Source of the DNA: an uncultured Verrucomicrobiae bacterium
GTDB lineage: Bacteria; Verrucomicrobiota; Verrucomicrobiia; Chthoniobacterales; JAFAMB01
Length of the DNA: 64,000 nt
Reading direction: 5' to 3'
Assembly (NCBI GenBank): GCA_963813025.1
Contig: CAWEXO010000015.1
Location: forward strand, 1-64,000
The notes below the pieces were generated by a model. That model did no database searches. It had not been told where the DNA came from and saw only the letters and a list, made by a program, of their open reading frames with translations. Numbering within the stretch: position 1 is the first letter of the stretch; each line of letters begins with the position of its first letter. Shown in pieces: positions 45,601-55,537 of the stretch. Both the position numbers and the translations under genes were made by a program.

Positions 45601-46257
45601 TTGGCCAGCCCGAGGTCGATGATTTTCGCGGTCACAGCGCCTCCCTCCTCCAAGCTCACCATGATGTTGCTTGGTTTGATGTCCCGGTGAACGAGCTTCT
45701 GCTTGTGCACCGCGGCCAAACCGGCGGCGACCTGCGTCGCAATTTCCAGCGCCAGCTTTACCTCAAGCCGGCCGGAGCGTTTGATGAGGTTCTCCAGCGT
45801 TTCCCCCTCTACAAACTCCATCGCGTAGAAGTAATTCTCGCCGGTTCTGCCCAGGTGGAAAACCGAGGCAACATTCGGATGCCGAACGCTCGCCGCCGCG
45901 CGGGCTTCGCGCAAAAAACGAAGCCGCGCCGATTCGTCACCGAGATAGTTGTCGCTGATGACTTTCAATGTCACGGGGCAGTGCAGATCGACGTCGAACG
46001 CCTTGTAAGTGACCCCCATCGCACCGCGACCCAACTCGACCGGTTTCCCGTCTTCGCGTTATCACCAGCTCATAATGCTCAAAGCGACGCGCCCGGCGCT
46101 CCGGAGAAGCCTCAAATGTGTCATTAGAAGACGGCTCGCCAGAGTCGGCCTCCTCACCGGCCAACACCTCGCGAATCATGCAAACCGGACAGAAGCCCAG
46201 AGTCTCGGAAAGCGACTGATCGCAGCTCGGGCAGACCGATCGACGTTGGATGCTCAT
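42657..46257 (-). pseudogene. Ser/Thr protein kinase - P-loop (STAND-like) NTPase - TPR-like protein broken by multiple frameshifts
   Basis: GRGAMGVTYKA, HRDIKPSN, DLGLAK; AWAGVGKST Walker A and LLVLDG Walker B; helical C-terminus ending AELHRLRG...AKEQKSISL. Confidence 0.8.
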
Positions 46258-46735
46258 GGGTCTAAGCGGCCTTCGGCGCTGGGCGTGGCGATTTGGGCAT
46301 CCCGAAGCGCAGAAACGTGTCGAACGGCTCTGGAGTCCTGCTGAACCAATATTGCGTCAGAGTTTCTGGAAGGAAATGATCTTGCGCTATCGGGGAATGG
46401 TGCGGCGCGGGCTTGAACAGAAAAGACCCATGCCACCTGTACCGGAATGGGTCAAAGCACACATTCGAAAATTGTTGGCTCAACATCCAGAGCTATTGGA
46501 AGCAATGATGGATGTACCGATTGAGTCAATAGGTGGCCTAGAGCCTTTTGATTTAAGGTTGCGCCTTCGCGAATACCACGAAAACAATCCGCAATTAACA
46601 GCCGAAGAAATCGTCGTCAGGATCCTAGCTAAGCACGGCAGACGCTGGATTACGGAGGGGACAACAGCTCCAGCTATAATTGTTACCGGGCTTCTGCATA
46701 CGATCCGACGCTTGATCGAGGAAGGAGAACTTTGA
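46250..46735 (+). CDS. Hypothetical protein, possibly 5'-truncated at the island edge
   Basis: ORF with protein-like helical composition; no motif recognised. Confidence 0.4.
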   Translation: MLMGLSGLRRWAWRFGHPEAQKRVERLWSPAEPILRQSFWKEMILRYRGMVRRGLEQKRPMPPVPEWVKAHIRKLLAQHPELLEAMMDVPIESIGGLEPFDLRLRLREYHENNPQLTAEEIVVRILAKHGRRWITEGTTAPAIIVTGLLHTIRRLIEEGEL

Positions 46736-47076
46736 GCGCTTACGCGAGCCGCTCTTGGCGCACTTCGCCAGAATAATCGTAGGTCTTCTTGCTGTTCGAG
46801 GCACTTACCCTGCAGAAAATATTTTAACTTAATCGCTTTTTTCATTGGATGCCGATAACCAATTTATTATCATCACAGCGACGTGAAAATGTCGCGTCTT
46901 GTCACCGCGGAAACGAGTATAAGATTTTCGTCCTCGGCTACTCGTCGGGGCAGCAGAGTCTAAAACCAACGCTCGAGCCTGACTCGGCCCGACACCGAAA
47001 CAGATGGCTAGCCGGCTTGTTGCCCGGACTCTCTAGCTTCCCTGCTCCCCAAGTTCGCACACAACAGTTCTATCAA

Positions 47077-47346
47077 TTGAAAAAATCTACCGTTTTGGAA
47101 GCTCCGCCCGAGCCTCCACAGGGCTGGGTTGGGTTGAAAGTTATGCGCCGGCACTTCTGGCCTTACGAGGACACTAGGCCGAGCGACTTTAAGATTCGCT
47201 GGCTTTGTCAGCATGATGGCCTGCCTCATCTAAGGTTCGGGACCACATATTACTTTCGGCTAGCCGACGTCGAGGCTTACCTCAAGACACATACAATCCC
47301 GGCTAAGCGCCCCACGGCCGGCCGGCCACGGAAGGAGGTGGCGTGA
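47077..47346 (+). CDS. Excisionase/AlpA-like winged-helix DNA-binding protein
   Basis: GLPHLRFGTTYYFRLADVEAYL plus basic tail GRPRKEVA; first gene of the replication operon; start uncertain. Confidence 0.65.
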   Translation: MKKSTVLEAPPEPPQGWVGLKVMRRHFWPYEDTRPSDFKIRWLCQHDGLPHLRFGTTYYFRLADVEAYLKTHTIPAKRPTAGRPRKEVA

Positions 47347-47606
47347 GGGTATGTCAGCAAAACTGGCACCGCCGCTCTTTGCCCAGAGCGGCGGCAAAAA
47401 GGACAGCTTCGTCCCAACTTCCAGATTCGAGCGGATACTAGCAGACCTCACCAAATCGCGCAATCACCGGGTCGAGCACTTACCAATGCCACTGGTGATG
47501 ATGATCAGCCTGCTAAGGGGGATCCCACCCAATTCGTCAGAATTGATCGTGTTCTGCGCGGGCACAGACAGTGACGTGCCAGCCGTGTGCAAAGAGGAGG
47601 CGCGGC

Positions 47607-47846
47607 ATGAACGCTCAAGGTAAGCACTGGGAGGACCGGCCAAACTGGGCGTCATGCTTCCCGCCCAGAAACCCAAGAACCAAACATCCACCTGACTTCA
47701 CCGGGATCACCGTAATCGAAGGGCGCAGGTTTTGGGTGAACGTTTATAAAAAACTCGATCGCAACCAGAATCGTTACGTCTCGGTCAACATCCGGCCGGT
47801 GGAGACACCAGCGCCCTATCCTCCGGCACAAAGGAGGTCAGGGTGA
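47607..47846 (+). CDS. Small phage-type protein, DUF736-like (putative ssDNA-binding)
   Basis: RBS GAGGAGG; KHPPDFTG...GRRFWVNVYKK...YVSVNI pattern; GTGA overlap with the next gene. Confidence 0.6.
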   Translation: MNAQGKHWEDRPNWASCFPPRNPRTKHPPDFTGITVIEGRRFWVNVYKKLDRNQNRYVSVNIRPVETPAPYPPAQRRSG

Positions 47847-48850
47847 GTCAACTACCTCCGTTTTTGGTTGAGCTAGTTAATAGCTGTCCGCCGGCCGGCG
47901 ACGGCGTCAATCACTGGATGTTTCAGACTGGTCGACAACTGCATGCGCACCTCGATGAGCGGGGCATATTCAACTTGCTCAGAGTTAAGACCCGCAATTG
48001 CGGACGACTCGTCACGGATCGTGAAATTCTCCGTCAGATCAGGATGTCACGCCAGACAGCTTGGCGCCCTGATTACCCGGAAGCCTTCGCCAACGCAGGC
48101 AAACTTCCGGCCGAGGTGCCGCTCGCACCGCGGGAAAGGCAATGGCCAAAGCCCGATCTGGAGGCGATCAGGGCGATCGTCGCTCTGGGCCTCGGCCTGC
48201 ACGATCTTTGGGAGCGGTCACCGGTGCGATTCGATGACACCGAAAGCCACGCCGAAGAGGTCGTCGAGGCTCTCTTCCCCGCCAATCCGCTGCTCTGCGT
48301 CGGGCAATCCGTCTGCAAATTCGCGACCAGGCGCAGGGACTGCTGGCGCGGTCATCTGCACCGGTTCGGGCTCATTGTGCCTAACCCAATGCTCGACTAT
48401 GCAGGACACCCTGAAGGCGAGGACCGGCTCAGCCAACACACCAAAGAGGCAACCGCTCGCCGGGTCTACCTGGTAGTTGAGTTCGATTTCTCCATCAAGG
48501 CACGGGATGGCAAGACCGATTCTAGCTGGGCGTCACTGGTTAGGGAATGGGCCGCGGATGGCGTCAGCGTGGCCGATGCCTGCGCCGCCCTCCACTGGCA
48601 CTTAAGCAGCCTTCTACCCCTGGTGCTGGTCGTCCACTCCGGCGGCAAGAGCCTCCATGGGTGGTTTTACGTCTTCGGCCAGCCCGAAACCCACCTGCGC
48701 GTTTCTTTTATGAACCACGCGATCCGGCTAGGCGCGGACAAGGCGACCTGGGTCCGATCCCAGTTCTCACGGCTCCCCGATGGCCGGCGCGAAAACGGCC
48801 GGCCGCAACGGGCCTTTTACTTCGACCCCGCAAAGACAATCAGGGTATGA
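47843..48850 (+). CDS. Putative DNA primase (AEP/RepB-like)
   Basis: YLVVEFD acidic motif, VVHSGGKSLHGWF motif and SRLPDG; coupled to the helicase by ATGA overlap. Confidence 0.7.
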   Translation: MSQLPPFLVELVNSCPPAGDGVNHWMFQTGRQLHAHLDERGIFNLLRVKTRNCGRLVTDREILRQIRMSRQTAWRPDYPEAFANAGKLPAEVPLAPRERQWPKPDLEAIRAIVALGLGLHDLWERSPVRFDDTESHAEEVVEALFPANPLLCVGQSVCKFATRRRDCWRGHLHRFGLIVPNPMLDYAGHPEGEDRLSQHTKEATARRVYLVVEFDFSIKARDGKTDSSWASLVREWAADGVSVADACAALHWHLSSLLPLVLVVHSGGKSLHGWFYVFGQPETHLRVSFMNHAIRLGADKATWVRSQFSRLPDGRRENGRPQRAFYFDPAKTIRV

Positions 48851-50102
48851 ACTCCACCCGAAAAAATCCACCGTACGCCCGTCCGGAATATAACGGTCCT
48901 TCTGGGTTGGAAGCCGAGTATTGCGCGATTTGGGAGCGACATAAGGGCTTTGGAATAAACGGCCGCCAGCTTGAACACAGCTCAGGGCTGAAACTGTTCC
49001 GGGCAAAAGACCGCACCGACGACCAAAAAGCCGCGATCCTGAGGGCGCAACCCTGGCTCTGGGATCAGCTCTCAAAGGACAGCAAAAACGCCCCTTCAAA
49101 CCAGGCCAGTTCCGAACCGGTTGTTCTGCCTCCTTTCGATGATGCCGCCGTGCTTTTACAGACGGAGCTAGCCACGCCTCCGTTACTGATCGAAGGCGTA
49201 CTTCACCACGGGCTGAAAATGGCCATAGGCGGCGGCTCGAAAGCTTTCAAAACCTGGTGCCTGATGAGCCTGGCGCATGCCGTTGCGACCGGGACCACCT
49301 GGCTGGAATTCAAATGCAACCGCGCTCGAGTGCTCTTCATCAACTTCGAAATCCCCCGGCCCTTTTACCGCAACCGGCTCGTAACCATTTGCTCGTCGAT
49401 AAAAACGCAGATCGAAGCCGGCTGGTTCACAATATGGAACTTGCGCGGCTTCGCCTGTGACATCCTGACTTTGGAAGCCGCCCTTTTTGAGCGTCTCAAA
49501 GATCTCCAGTTCGCTCTCATCGTTATCGACCCGATCTACAAGGTGCTCGGCGAGATGGACGAAAACTTGTCCAGGGACATGGCCAAGATCGTAAACTCCC
49601 TCGAGCGAATTGCTCACCGCTACAATGCTGCGGTTGTTGCCGGCGCCCATTTTTCCAAAGGCAACCAGGCCGCCAAGGATCCGATCGATCGTTTCGGCGG
49701 TTCGAAAATCTACGAGGCTGATCCTGATGTGCTTCTTACTCTGACTCCCCACAAAGAAAAAGACGCTTTCGTCGCCGATTTCATCCTGCGCAATCTAGCT
49801 CCCATCAATCCCTTCGGCTTGCGCTGGGTTTATCCCAGCTTCATCCGGGACGAAACGCTGGACGTTACCGAACTCAAAGTTCCCCGGCCCTCAGGACCGC
49901 AAGCGAAATATGGGATAAAGCATCTGCTCGAATGCCTGGGCACTAAAAGCTAGCCCCGGCCGCACTGCGAAAAACCGTATTCAACGAGACCGGCATGGAG
50001 AAAACAACATTCTACGAGCTTTTGAACGAGGCCAAAAAGCTGGGCTACATCGTTGCGAGCGTTGAAGGCTCTCTCCAGCGCGGCCCCGACGTCACCTTGT
50101 AA
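48847..50102 (+). CDS. RecA/RepA-family (AAA_25) replicative helicase; C-terminal HTH continues past a frameshift at about 49948
   Basis: GGGSKAFKT Walker A, VLFINFE, LIVIDP Walker B, HFSKG; adding one A to the AAAA run continues into LRKTVFNETGMEKTTFYELL and ends TAA at 50102. Confidence 0.85.
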
Positions 50103-50154
50103 AAACCTAATAGGATTAAAGGCAGACATCCATGCTCAATTCTGGTCAGATCAA

Positions 50155-50345
50155 GTTTCCGGCGAACTCCGGAAAAACACCGAAAAACGCTCGAAAAACT
50201 TTCCGCATCCGGACGCCGGCAGGTCTTCCGTTCCGGAGTTCCCTAAAGGGAAGAACTCCGGAATGAAGAACCGACCTGCCAAACGTCGTCCATTCCGCAA
50301 TTCCGGAATTAGACCCCCGGAAACCCCGGAAACCCCGGAAAACAA
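50155..50345. repeat. CCGGAA/TTCCGG iteron-like repeats, candidate replication origin
   Basis: Dense direct and inverted (T)CCGGAA motifs including CCCCGGAAA x3, immediately after the helicase. Confidence 0.55.
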
Positions 50346-50379
50346 ACGGCCCAGAGAACGAGAAACCTCATAACAGGAT

Positions 50380-50667
50380 ATGCCGGCCAAATCCAAAATT
50401 TTCCGAGTTTTCCTGAGTGAGCTCCAGACGCAGCGCTTCAAATCGGTTCTGGCTGAAGCACACGTTCGAACCGGTATCAGCGGAGTCTTTGCCACAGTTC
50501 GAGAAACGTTCGACCTGGAGGGCGGCCGGCTAGGGTTGGAGCTGCAGATTGGCCGGCTCTCCAAGCCAAAGACCCGCGAGATCCAGCGCATCCTGTCCGA
50601 AGACAGACAGCAAGACGCTGGCCAACCAGCCCCCACTCTCTCCTGTCCTCTTCCATCGAGTCCCTAA
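50380..50667 (+). CDS. Hypothetical protein
   Basis: ATG preceded by AGGA, co-oriented with the replication genes. Confidence 0.45.
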   Translation: MPAKSKIFRVFLSELQTQRFKSVLAEAHVRTGISGVFATVRETFDLEGGRLGLELQIGRLSKPKTREIQRILSEDRQQDAGQPAPTLSCPLPSSP

Positions 50668-50844
50668 TCGAAACGCCGCTCGCGGTCTAGTTTGCCTAGG
50701 GCATCGAGGATGTCCTGAGGGGTGCCTGTTGCAGTGCTTGCCGGACGGTGAGCAAACAGAAAACGTCACGTGGAGTAGTGAAAAAAGCTCTGAGGGCCGT
50801 TTACGAGATCTCTGGACTTGGGCTATGGTCGGCCGCGAGCGAAA

Positions 50845-51423
50845 ATGTCCTCCAGCAATGGCAATGACTCTGGCGGTGTCTACGATCAAAAGACTTTCGT
50901 CGCCATCTTGAAAACTGAAATCAGTTGGCTCTCGGTCCATTGTCCGAGGCTTTCAGCGCTGGAACGCCTGGAGCGTGCGCTAGCCGAAGCCGATCGGGTC
51001 GACAATCGGTTGCGCGTCACGGCCGGCCGCTACGTCACCCCGCGTCACTACAGCGCCGACGTCTTTGTTGCCATGCCACGCGGTCAATTGCGGAGCGGAG
51101 CTCTTCCCAAGAAGCTGTCCGTTCGACCTGAAGAGCAGCAGCTCAAAACAGCTCGGGAGGATTCACCGGAAAAGCAGTCTGCCAATTCGCCTCGGAGAAA
51201 AGCGCCGTTCTCTGTGCTTCTGGGCGAATCGTCAAACCGAGCGCGAAATCCATCCGGAAATTCAGTAGCGATTACAAAGCATCCGCCAACACGCAAAACA
51301 CTCGCCTCAGCAGCAGTGCAAACCTTTGCCGCTCGAACCCGAAAATCCTCGCCCGTTCGAACCAGCTCGCAATTTCAGCTTGGTCAACCGGCTAGGAGGC
51401 GTCCGAAAATTGTGCATCGTTAG
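50845..51423 (+). CDS. Hypothetical protein
   Basis: Helical N-terminal half and basic low-complexity tail; no motif recognised. Confidence 0.35.
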   Translation: MSSSNGNDSGGVYDQKTFVAILKTEISWLSVHCPRLSALERLERALAEADRVDNRLRVTAGRYVTPRHYSADVFVAMPRGQLRSGALPKKLSVRPEEQQLKTAREDSPEKQSANSPRRKAPFSVLLGESSNRARNPSGNSVAITKHPPTRKTLASAAVQTFAARTRKSSPVRTSSQFQLGQPARRRPKIVHR

Positions 51424-51503
51424 AGACTTGGAACCAGAAAAGTGGAAGCTTTGCCGCGCGGCAAAGCCTCAAAACTGCAAAGCAAACTGCAAAAAAATCA
51501 GGA

Positions 51504-52064
51504 TTAGAGATCGCGCGAAAGGGGTTCAGAATCCTCTAGGAGTTGAGGGGGTAGTTCGGAGGAGGATTGCTGAAGAGAGTCCTCCGGAGGCGGAGGGCTC
51601 AGGGTGAGCATGCGGACATCGAAGTAGTTATGAGAGAAGTCAGGCTGGCTCCAACCGAAGGTGGTAGAGGCGCTTTTAGTGATGGAGGCAATAGCTTGGT
51701 GATTAGCGATGAGCTTATCCTCCTCCATACCTTCGAGATGAGCGGAAGCTTTTCTGATGGCGCCGGAAAGGTGGAGCTTAGAGGCAGAGGCGTTGCCGGC
51801 AATGACGGCGGCGGCGGTCTGTTTGAGGGTCTGGATGGATTTGGCTTGCTCGGCTTTAGCGAGCTGACGTCTGGCGGAATCGGGGTCTGAGCGCTTAGTT
51901 CGGCCGAAGGTTTTAGTAAGTTGCCAATTTTCTCTGACGGCGCGGTTGGTGAGAGTGCCGTAAGGGATTTTGAACTTAGCGGCGACCTCAGAGAGAGTCA
52001 TTGTGCCGGCCAGGACCAGGGCGCGGACAGCGTCCCAGTCATATTGAGGAGGGCGACCGATCAT
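51504..52064 (-). CDS. Terminase small subunit-like HTH protein
   Basis: GRPPQYDWDAVRALVLAG...LSEVAAKFKIPYGTLTNRAVRENW N-terminus followed by helices. Confidence 0.6.
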   Translation of the reverse strand: MIGRPPQYDWDAVRALVLAGTMTLSEVAAKFKIPYGTLTNRAVRENWQLTKTFGRTKRSDPDSARRQLAKAEQAKSIQTLKQTAAAVIAGNASASKLHLSGAIRKASAHLEGMEEDKLIANHQAIASITKSASTTFGWSQPDFSHNYFDVRMLTLSPPPPEDSLQQSSSELPPQLLEDSEPLSRDL

Positions 52065-52704
52065 GAGCGGGAAAGTAGCTGCAAGAGAGCAGAGAGGCTA
52101 GGAAGAAGAAGCGCGCAGTGAAACGCATCAAACTTCAGCAGGGTTTTCGGCTGGCCGGTCGACGCGGATTGCGGGTCTGAATGGCGGCGCTGATGCTTCG
52201 CTACTTGAAAGCTGTTTCCCGAACAGAGAGGCGATAGTGCTAGCGTGACCAACTCCCGCGTCCGACAAACGCTGTACCCGGTGCCGGCGGGAGTTTGACC
52301 TGATTTTCTTCAGCACGGTTTCAAAGAAGCGGATGGATCGGCCGATCATCCAAAGCGGCGAAGTATTTGCAAACACTGTGAACAGCCCAGGCGTGATCGT
52401 AGAAAAGCGCGCAATCCCTTTTTGGCCAAAGCCCATCGGTGGGCCGTCAAGCCGACGCCTCTGCGTTTTCGAAAGCGTCGGTTGGTGATGCCACGGCATC
52501 TGCCCCTTGGCCTGGAGCGGCCTCTGCCCGTCCACCGGCGTCTTAGTTGGCCAGTGCCGATTTCCCAGGCTTTGCGAGGATCAAGGTTCAGCGATATAGT
52601 TCCACATTTCACGGCCGTCCCGGCAAGCGGCTGCCCCGTAGTGCTCCAGCAGGATGCGATCATTTCTGATGTGGATCAGGGTTTGAGAAAATTAATCCCG
52701 GTAT

Positions 52705-52843
52705 CCCTAGGTACTCGGTTTTCCAAAGCAGCTATCGCGGCGACAACCAGATTTAAGCCGCTGGCCCAATGTTGCTGGTTTTCGTAGCTGCGGTCGCGCA
52801 GTTCCCCCAATCGGTTAAAGAACACCGCCTAAGTCAGCGCGTT
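52705..52843 (-). pseudogene. Tn3-family transposase remnant
   Basis: Minus-strand translation [36 protein letters not shown] resembles the conserved Tn3 TnpA C-terminal block. Confidence 0.85.
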
Positions 52844-52920
52844 GACAGTTTGTCGGCAACCATCGACGTGATCTCACGAGTTGTCCTTTCGGTATCGTCG
52901 GTCACGCCAAGGTTAGGCAC

Positions 52921-53256
52921 TCAGCGACGCGAATTTTGGGCAGCGTAGGTAGCGCGGATGGCGGAGAGCATGTCGCCGAAACGTCCCTTGAGTTCCGCGC
53001 ATCGAGTAATGTTGTGCATTTCGACGCCCTTACGCTCACTGCGGATAAGGCCGGCTTCGCGCAGGATTTTGAAATGCTGAGAGAGGGTTGCCTTAGGCAA
53101 CGTGCGGCTATCGACTTTGCGGAAGTTGGAGCAAGTAAGGGGACATTCCGATGCGGCGATTTCGGCGAAGATTTGGGCGCGCACGGGATCAGACAGGGCA
53201 TAGAGGATGCCTTCGACAGTAATGTCGCGGACAGCAGGATGGAGTAGCGGCCGCAC
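52921..53256 (-). CDS. ArsR/SmtB family transcriptional regulator
   Basis: LYALSDPVR...KATLSQHFKILREAGLI; divergent from the SDR gene. Confidence 0.92.
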   Translation of the reverse strand: MRPLLHPAVRDITVEGILYALSDPVRAQIFAEIAASECPLTCSNFRKVDSRTLPKATLSQHFKILREAGLIRSERKGVEMHNITRCAELKGRFGDMLSAIRATYAAQNSRR

Positions 53257-53319
53257 AGGGTGATTATAACGGGACTTGACAAATAGTCCATTAGTTCATA
53301 AGTACGGAACTAAAGAGCA

Positions 53320-54072
53320 ATGTCGTCTTCTCTCATGAAAAATAAAACCGTTCTCATCACGGGTGGAACTACCGGCATCGGTCTGGCCACCGCCCAACTC
53401 TTAAGCGCCGAGGGTGCAAAGGTCATTGTCACCGGGCGTAATCCCGAGACTTTGGCCGCCGCCAAGAAGGTTCTCACGAGCGTGGTTGTGCTTTCCTCGG
53501 ATGCCGGTGATTTGGCCGCCGACCAGGCGCTGGGCGGCGAGATCAAGCAATTCGCGGATCATCTCGACGGAGCCTTCCTGAATGCGGGCGTCGGGGGATT
53601 CGCACCGATTGACGCCGTAACGCCCGAGCAATACGACCATCTATTCAATGTGAACGTGCGAGGCCTCTACTTCCAGCTGCAATCGCTTCTGCCATTGCTG
53701 GCCAATCCGAGCTCCGTCGTATTCACATCCTCCATCGCCGGTTCTATCGCCTTCGCCGGCTCGTCGGTCTATTCGGCGACGAAGGCTGCAGTCATTTCCC
53801 TTGGCAAGACCCTGGCGGTCGAGTTAGCCCAGCGCGGGGTGCGGGTGAACGTGTTGAGCCCAGGACCGATTGACACACCTATCTTAAAGAAATCCGGCCT
53901 TCCCCCTGACCAACAGAAAGGGTTTGAGGAAATGGTTGTCGCCAAGTCGCTCTTAAAACGGTTCGGAACATCCGAGGAAGTGGCCCGGGCAGCCAGATTC
54001 CTGCTATCGGAGGATTCAAGTAACATTACCGGCACGGAGCTGATTATCGACGGCGGCGTTCGATTGAACTAG
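53320..54072 (+). CDS. Short-chain dehydrogenase/reductase
   Basis: ITGGTTGIG, LNAG, YSATK, RVNVLSPGPIDT. Confidence 0.95.
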   Translation: MSSSLMKNKTVLITGGTTGIGLATAQLLSAEGAKVIVTGRNPETLAAAKKVLTSVVVLSSDAGDLAADQALGGEIKQFADHLDGAFLNAGVGGFAPIDAVTPEQYDHLFNVNVRGLYFQLQSLLPLLANPSSVVFTSSIAGSIAFAGSSVYSATKAAVISLGKTLAVELAQRGVRVNVLSPGPIDTPILKKSGLPPDQQKGFEEMVVAKSLLKRFGTSEEVARAARFLLSEDSSNITGTELIIDGGVRLN

Positions 54073-54074
54073 CA

Positions 54075-54235
54075 GGGGTCACTCCTCCATTCGTAAAAAA
54101 TTGTACATTAGGGGGTAAATCAGTAAGCGGTTGTCTCCGAAGGGGACGCAGCTTGCGATTTCGAGGGCCTCCGTCGCGTCGCCACTAGCTGCGTTCCTGC
54201 AGTGCTCTGATGGCACGTTCAAGATGCTAATCATC
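54075..54235 (-). mobile_element. Tn3-family transposon end: 38-bp inverted repeat (54075-54112) plus remnant of the tnpA 3' end
   Basis: GGGGTCACTCCTCCATTCGTAAAAAATTGTACATTAGG has Tn3-type IR length and pattern; the adjacent minus strand gives LERAIRALQER and WRRDGGPRNRKLRPLR. Confidence 0.7.
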
Positions 54236-55268
54236 TCGGAAAGACGTTCATCGGCGGCATCTTAAAAGATGCCAGTAAGGAATGGCGGCAGCTGTGGCAC
54301 AAACAGCTGGCGTCAACTCGGGTCGGATTGGTCAATCTTGCCGATCGTTCTTAGACAGCTTTCCGATTTGGCGGCAGAGGTTTTAGCCGGGAGTCGATCG
54401 CTGGAGGATGCGTACGCTGGGGTGAAAGCCGCCAAAGAAGAAACCATTCGGCACAACTCGAATTAGCCGATGAAGTGCACGTAATAATAGCGTCTCGGGC
54501 GGTAAAGAGTAGGGCTTCTTTTCTTCTGCGGTTTGCCGAAGGTCTTTTCCAGTGCGGCGCCCAAGACCTGGCGCAAACCCTGGAAGGTGACCGGCTCCTT
54601 GTTTTTGGATTGCTCGGCCAAATAGGCCTCTGTCACAGTGGCAGCCAGCGTCTCGGCCTGGGGCTCCTTCGGACCGGCCAGTTGCTTCGTAGCGCTCGAA
54701 GTGGAGGTCGAGATGCCTGCCGAGGCAGGTTGCTCGACTTTCGAAATTCCCGTCGATGGGATTTTCGATCCACCACCAGTACCGCCGTGCTCTGCTTTCT
54801 CCCGGTCCAGGCTGATCTCACCGATGCGCTGGCAAGCGGGGAGCTTGATCTCGGCAAAACGTTGCTTGGCTTCAAAGTCGTCCCGGATCCGCGCGGCCGC
54901 CCCAGAACCGCGAATCGCAGCAATTAGAAATAATTCCTGATTTGACTAAAGAGAGCGTCAAAACTTTCGAAAAAGACACCCGCAAAGCGGGAATTGGGTT
55001 CTTTGAGCGGAATCGATTGGAAAGATTCTTTTTGAACGTTTCGAACGGAAGGGCGTCGAAGTCCGCTCACAATTTTTAAAATGTAGACGTGATGGTTGAG
55101 CCGCCGGATGAGTGCTAGCGCTTGTCCAGCGGTAAACCACTTTTATGAACGACCTTGTGACAAAAGACTATTTGGACGCGAGGGTAACCCGACTCAAAGC
55201 CGAATTACTGACTTGAATTATCGGGCTTTTGATTGCCGGTCCGGTCTGCTAATCGCGATTTTACACAA

Positions 55269-55529
55269 ATGAAAAACTACGGCTGGCTCTGGTGGGCCTT
55301 TATTATTCCGGCAATCGTCTTAGGCGGCATTTTTCCGGCCTTTGGCAGGCTTTGCATCCTGCCGGTCATGATCGCAATCCTGGTGGCTTTTATGGGGCTG
55401 GTCGTCCCACGGGTGATCATCAATTACGTGCGCATGATCCGGCGTCGTCAGAAATACGGCCGGGAGGATCCCTACCTTTACATGGAAGAGTTCCGGCCCC
55501 GGGGCAACGGGCTGGGCATGGGAGATTAG
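55269..55529 (+). CDS. Small membrane protein
   Basis: Two hydrophobic segments followed by a basic stretch. Confidence 0.5.
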   Translation: MKNYGWLWWAFIIPAIVLGGIFPAFGRLCILPVMIAILVAFMGLVVPRVIINYVRMIRRRQKYGREDPYLYMEEFRPRGNGLGMGD

Positions 55530-55537
55530 CGGAAGCG

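Noticed and set aside
46250..52100. Intact prophage
   Set aside because: No capsid, portal, large terminase, tail, lysis or integrase genes seen
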